Shown here: in pieces, positions 60,076 through 64,000 of the stretch
Layout: the number at the start of each line of letters is the position of its first letter
How positions within the stretch are numbered: the stretch's first letter is position 1
From: an uncultured Alphaproteobacteria bacterium
GTDB taxonomy: Bacteria > Pseudomonadota > Alphaproteobacteria > Methylaequorales > Methylaequoraceae
Length of the DNA: 64,000 bases
NCBI GenBank assembly: GCA_902563305.1
Contig: CACEWP010000003.1
Span: 35,951 to 99,950 of the forward strand
Reading direction: 5' to 3'
Notes under the pieces: model-generated
The model's input: only the letters and a program-made list of their open reading frames with translations
Databases searched by the model: none
What the model was told of the DNA's origin: nothing
Translations under genes and position numbers: made by a program

Positions 60076-60583
60076 AAATAAAATTGATGAAATTATTCGT
60101 GTAAATCACGCAGGAGAATATGGTGCACAGAGAATTTATTCTGGGCAAATCAAGTTTTGTAAAACGGTTAAACTTAAAAAAGAATTAGAAAAAATTATTA
60201 AAGAAGAATACGAACATTATGATTATTTTGATAAAATGATGTTAAAAAAAAGAGCGAGACCAACCTTCTTTAGCCCTTTGTGGCATAATGGTGGTTATTT
60301 ATTAGGTGCCATAACTGCTATACTTGGGGAAAAGTATGTTCATGCCTGTACAGAGGCAGTTGAAGAGGTAATTGTTGAACATTACAACGAACAAGTAAAA
60401 TATTTAGAGAATGCTGGAATTGAAAAAGAAATGCTAAAAAAAATTAAAAAATTTTGTGCAGATGAGGATAATCACAGAAGTTTTGCTGAGGAGTCAAATA
60501 AACAATATTCTGATGTCAATATGTTTAAGCTTCTAACGAAAGGTCTAACAAGGCTGGCGATAAAGGTTTCTAAGAAAATTTAA
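60059..60583 (+). CDS. coq7: Demethoxyubiquinone hydroxylase (Coq7 family di-iron protein)
   Basis: 174 aa with RVNHAGEYGAQRIYSGQ, EEYEHY and DEDNHR. It overlaps dsbB by 17 nt. Confidence 0.9.
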   Translation: MKKENKNKIDEIIRVNHAGEYGAQRIYSGQIKFCKTVKLKKELEKIIKEEYEHYDYFDKMMLKKRARPTFFSPLWHNGGYLLGAITAILGEKYVHACTEAVEEVIVEHYNEQVKYLENAGIEKEMLKKIKKFCADEDNHRSFAEESNKQYSDVNMFKLLTKGLTRLAIKVSKKI

Positions 60584-60594
60584 AAAACTTTGAT

Positions 60595-61155
60595 TTATGG
60601 TTCCAGTTCTGAATCCCAGTATAAAAAGTCATTCCAACTTTGATGAAGAAAATTTGGAGGAAACATTCTTCCTATTTCCTTTAGTTGAAAATTATTAGGC
60701 GTAATGGGTGAGGACTTGAGTTTGACTCCAATTTTTTTTAACGATTTATTTCCCTTCAAAGTATTACATCTTCGGCATGCAGTTACAACGTTCTCCCAAG
60801 TAGTTTTTCCACCTCTAGATTTTGGTATCACATGATCAAAAGTAAGTTCTTCAACTTTGAAACTTTTTGAACAGTATTGACAGACAAATTTATCTCTTAA
60901 AAAAACATTAAATCTCGTAAATGCCGCCCTTTCTGGAAGAGGAATATAATCTTTCAAAGAGACTACACTAGGAAGTTTTAATTCTATTGACGGCGATCTA
61001 ACAACTTGATTGTATTCTGAAACAACGTTGACTCTTTCTAAGAAAACAGCCTTTAGGGCATCTTTCCATGACCACGTTGATAGAGGAAAGTAACTTAGCG
61101 GCTGATAGTCAGCGTTAAGAACCAGAGCTGGACAATTATTTGAAGCTAAAACCAT
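60595..61155 (-). CDS. HNH endonuclease domain protein
   Basis: 186 aa with CQYCSKSF...LTFDHVIPKSRGGKTTWENVVTACRRCNTLKGN. Confidence 0.9.
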   Translation of the reverse strand: MVLASNNCPALVLNADYQPLSYFPLSTWSWKDALKAVFLERVNVVSEYNQVVRSPSIELKLPSVVSLKDYIPLPERAAFTRFNVFLRDKFVCQYCSKSFKVEELTFDHVIPKSRGGKTTWENVVTACRRCNTLKGNKSLKKIGVKLKSSPITPNNFQLKEIGRMFPPNFLHQSWNDFLYWDSELEP

Positions 61156-61194
61156 ATTTCACCATAACATATATATTGGCAGTTAATAACAATT

Positions 61195-61848
61195 TTAAAT
61201 ACCTAAAATTTTTTGAATAAAATTTTCACCAAACTCTAGACCTTCATTATCGATACCATGACCAAGATTCTCCTGAATACGATAATCCACTACAAAACCT
61301 AAGCTTTTTAATTTCTCATAAGATTTTACTGAATTATCTGAATCAATAACTTCGTCATTTTTTCCGTGATAGAGTCTAATTGGAAATTTAGAGGATATTG
61401 AACTGTCAAAATCATTATCTAAGAAAAGAAGACCAGAATATGCTAGTAAACCGGCACATGGATTTTTTCTTTTACAAAGATGATATAATCCCATCATGGC
61501 TCCTTGTGAGAAACCAAAAAAAAGTATTTGTGAATCATTCAAAGCAAATTTAATTTTAATTTTATCAACTAATTCATTAAAAAATGGTCCTGCTTTAATA
61601 AGCCCCTCACTAATTTTATCGGGAGCAATTGAAGTTAAATCAAACCATTGGAATGCGCCATCACTCCAATCACACTTAAATGGTGCGTTTGGAGAAATAA
61701 ATATAGTATTTCTTAATTTATCCTTCCATTTTAGCCCAATATTAATTAAGTCGTCAGCATTAGCTCCATATCCGTGAAGAAATATTAATGCGTTTTTTAT
61801 AGAATCTCTTTTTTCTGGATAAACAATTTGTCCATTAAAATCATTCAT
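61195..61848 (-). CDS. Alpha/beta hydrolase (phospholipase/carboxylesterase family)
   Basis: FLHGYGAN, the nucleophile elbow GFSQGAMM and GHGID are present. I place the start at ATG 61848 (MNDFNGQ), which overlaps the NUDIX gene by 8 nt, rather than at 61911. Confidence 0.85.
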   Translation of the reverse strand: MNDFNGQIVYPEKRDSIKNALIFLHGYGANADDLINIGLKWKDKLRNTIFISPNAPFKCDWSDGAFQWFDLTSIAPDKISEGLIKAGPFFNELVDKIKIKFALNDSQILFFGFSQGAMMGLYHLCKRKNPCAGLLAYSGLLFLDNDFDSSISSKFPIRLYHGKNDEVIDSDNSVKSYEKLKSLGFVVDYRIQENLGHGIDNEGLEFGENFIQKILGI

Positions 61849-62602
61849 AATTATACCCGTAATTAAATATTTTTTTAATTTCAACCATAGCTTTTTTTGA
61901 TATGAAGTCACCTTCTTTTAAAATCAGAAAGTCAAGAAAAGGGATTATACAATTTGCTTTAAGTTCTTTACTCTCTAAAATTTTATAAATCTTATCAATT
62001 TCAATAGATATAAACTCATCCACCTCGCCGTCTTGATTTTTAAATTTCATATCACTTGTTTTTTCTAGATGATAGTTAAATATAATTGAAGAATTAAATT
62101 TTTTTTCTTCGTTGTGCATATAATGAACTGTAGAACCTTTTTTTGCTAAATAAATCTGATTAAAATTCAAACCCGCTTCTTCATAAGCTTCCTTTTGTAA
62201 ATTTTCTTTAATTGACAGATTTATTGGCTGGCCCCCTGCAACCGGGTTATCATAAAATCCTGGGAATTTCTCTAGTTTACTCGATCTTTTTGCAAAATGA
62301 ATAATTGTTGAGTTTTTATATTTACTCCAAATATTGCAATGCACCCCATATGCTGGAAAGCCAAATAAAGATAAATCTTTTCTATTAATTTTGAATTTCT
62401 TACCTCTACAAAATTTTTGTTTGTGATCGAATCTAATTTTTGGTTTTAAAGAGTTAAAGTCAAAAATTGGACAGTATTCAATTGGTTTAATCTTTGAAGA
62501 AGATTCTAGTGAATAACCTATTACATGTTCAATATTTATTTCAGAATTAGAATTTTGAAAATATTTTGAAATTCCCAAATTATCTCTATTTAACCAACCC
62601 AC
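61841..62602 (-). CDS. NUDIX hydrolase
   Basis: 253 aa with the Nudix box GGQPINLSIKENLQKEAYEEAGL. Confidence 0.85.
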   Translation of the reverse strand: MGWLNRDNLGISKYFQNSNSEINIEHVIGYSLESSSKIKPIEYCPIFDFNSLKPKIRFDHKQKFCRGKKFKINRKDLSLFGFPAYGVHCNIWSKYKNSTIIHFAKRSSKLEKFPGFYDNPVAGGQPINLSIKENLQKEAYEEAGLNFNQIYLAKKGSTVHYMHNEEKKFNSSIIFNYHLEKTSDMKFKNQDGEVDEFISIEIDKIYKILESKELKANCIIPFLDFLILKEGDFISKKAMVEIKKIFNYGYNYE

Positions 62603-62702
62603 AATTTTATCATTAAATTTGATTGGTTTAAAATTTTTTAAATCAAATAAAAATAACTGTTTTAGTAGATGTATGGCTAAATCTAGAGTTTTTTTTTACC
62701 CA

Positions 62703-64000
62703 TCAATAAGCTCTATTTATAATTTTTGTTATTTGTTTCATTATTTCTTCGATTTTAAAATCTTTTGGTGTGAAAACTTCCTTAACACCAAAGGATTTCA
62801 ATTTTTTTTCATCTTTAGGAGGAATAATGCCACCAACTATTACTGGTATTTTTGAAAATTTATTTTTTTTCAGAAGATCCATTATTACTTTTACCAAATG
62901 AATATGTGAGCCCGAGAGGATTGAAAGGCCTATTATGTGAACTCCTTCTTCTATTGCAGCAACAACTAATTGTTCTGGTGTTGATCTGATACCATCATAA
63001 ACTACTTCCAAACCAATATCACGAGCTCTAACTGCTATTTGTTCTGCGCCATTGGAATGGCCGTCTAGCCCTGGTTTACCTACAAGCATTTTGGGACGCC
63101 TTTTCAATTTTTTAGTAATTAAATTAATTTCTCTTTGAACCTCCTCCAAATCTGAACCATTAGATTTTTTATGCGAAATATGAGAAGATACTATTCCAGT
63201 TGGCGCCCTGTACTCTCCATAAACTTCTCGCATGATATTCGACCATTCACCTGTTGTTACTCCATTATGAGCGCATTCTATTGACGCACTCATAATATTT
63301 TTACCCTCATTAGCAGTTTCTTTAAGTTTTTTAAGAGATAATAATGCTTTCTTGTTATTTCTTTTCTCTTTCCATTCTTTTACATTTTGAATCTGAAGTT
63401 TTTCTGCTTTATCATCGACTTTCATAAAACCACCATCTTTTTCACTTACGAGTGGTGAGTGTTCACCTTCCGAAAAACAATTAACTCCAACTACCATTTG
63501 TTCACCATTTTCAATTTTTTTTTGTCTGTCAGTTTGTGACTCAACAAGTTGACTCTTTAGATATCCGCTTTCAATTGCTTGGATCAAACCTCCAATCTTG
63601 TCAATTTTTTTCAACTGATTATGTGAAGAATCTTTAAGAGATTTTATTTTTTGTTTTAAAACTTTGGAACCTTCAAAAATATCTGAAAATTCAAGTAAAT
63701 CAGTTTCATAGGCCATTATTTGTTGAAGTCTTAAGCTCCATTGTTGATCCCAGGGTCTAGGCAATCCTAATGCTTCATTCCATGCAGGAAGTTGTACAGC
63801 TCTTGCTCTAGAGTTTTTTGCAATAACCACTGGAAGCATTTGGATTAAGATTCTGTAAACATTGTTTTCAGGTTGAAGTTCAGTTAAACCAAGAGAGTTC
63901 ACTTGCATACCATATCTAAAGCGTCTGTATGTTGGATCTGAAATTTTAAACCTTTTCATGCATATATCATCCCAAAGCTCTGTGAAGGCCGCCATTTTTG
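62703..64000 (-). CDS. B12-dependent acyl-CoA mutase (methylmalonyl-/ethylmalonyl-CoA mutase family), C-terminal part; the gene continues beyond the right edge
   Basis: QVNSLGLTELQPENNVYRI, QLPAWNEALGLPRPWDQQWSLR and the B12-binding motif GKPGLDGHSNGAEQIA are present. The frame stays open to position 64000, so the Met at 63995 is internal. Confidence 0.9.
   Translation of the reverse strand, partial: KMAAFTELWDDICMKRFKISDPTYRRFRYGMQVNSLGLTELQPENNVYRILIQMLPVVIAKNSRARAVQLPAWNEALGLPRPWDQQWSLRLQQIMAYETDLLEFSDIFEGSKVLKQKIKSLKDSSHNQLKKIDKIGGLIQAIESGYLKSQLVESQTDRQKKIENGEQMVVGVNCFSEGEHSPLVSEKDGGFMKVDDKAEKLQIQNVKEWKEKRNNKKALLSLKKLKETANEGKNIMSASIECAHNGVTTGEWSNIMREVYGEYRAPTGIVSSHISHKKSNGSDLEEVQREINLITKKLKRRPKMLVGKPGLDGHSNGAEQIAVRARDIGLEVVYDGIRSTPEQLVVAAIEEGVHIIGLSILSGSHIHLVKVIMDLLKKNKFSKIPVIVGGIIPPKDEKKLKSFGVKEVFTPKDFKIEEIMKQITKIINRAY

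Noticed and set aside
62619-62855. 78-aa plus-strand ORF spanning the NUDIX/mutase intergenic region.
   Set aside because: It overlaps the well-supported 3' end of the mutase gene on the other strand, is Phe/Asn/Lys-rich low-complexity sequence, and has no motif.
1-64000. I looked for CRISPR-like regularly spaced repeats, for IS elements with terminal inverted repeats, and for integrase, transposase or recombinase genes. I also looked for toxin-antitoxin pairs, rRNA and tmRNA.
   Set aside because: No regularly spaced direct repeats were visible in any intergenic stretch. No ORF has integrase, transposase or toxin-antitoxin signatures, and there are no rRNA-like or tmRNA tag-like sequences. 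This was an eye scan only, so short or degenerate elements could have been missed.

Overview
This is an AT-rich window (roughly 28-30% GC by eye) with very tight gene packing. Many neighbouring genes share ATGA or short overlaps, and several convergent pairs overlap at their 3' ends. Gene content fits a streamlined marine alphaproteobacterium of the SAR11/Pelagibacterales type; that assignment is an inference, since no search was run.

Positions 1-34,400 are core genome. They carry a BI-1 family protein, an aldo-keto reductase, two EamA transporters, argG, folD, yggT, pabB/pabC, a single-block ccmABCDEFGHI operon (including a ccmD that the ORF track missed), acnA, a SUV3-like helicase, fdxA, carD, an M48 protease, two tandem PagL-like genes, tRNA-Arg(CCT), gmhA and gltBD.

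Positions 34.5-54.7 kb look like an accessory envelope/glycan island. It holds a GT-A glycosyltransferase, gmd-manC, several methyltransferases, an RgpF-like gene, an OafA-type acyltransferase, an orphan MlaC-like gene and DedA/TVP38 membrane proteins, with tesA-ybbA-ybbP embedded. The island is rich in long A/T homopolymers and shows gene decay, but carries no integrase or transposase.

The right edge of the island is marked by a decayed 3' fragment of tRNA-Leu(CAA) and a degenerate tRNA-His-like sequence. The intact tRNA-Leu(CAA) lies 3.7 kb further right. The two Leu copies are direct repeats bracketing a three-gene operon: circularly permuted ATP-grasp, alpha-E and transglutaminase-like.

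The most interesting signal is in that operon's leader. It contains a 46-nt element that matches, from memory, the core of the glnA-type glutamine riboswitch, plus competing alternative helices.

Other notable points are a -1 frameshift at an A_AAA_AAG heptamer that splits the helicase, an A13-tract frameshift in a methyltransferase, and an untracked 46-aa Cys-rich CDGSH-like ORF. The right end is core again: FkbM methyltransferase, dsbB, coq7, HNH, esterase, NUDIX and a partial B12-dependent acyl-CoA mutase.
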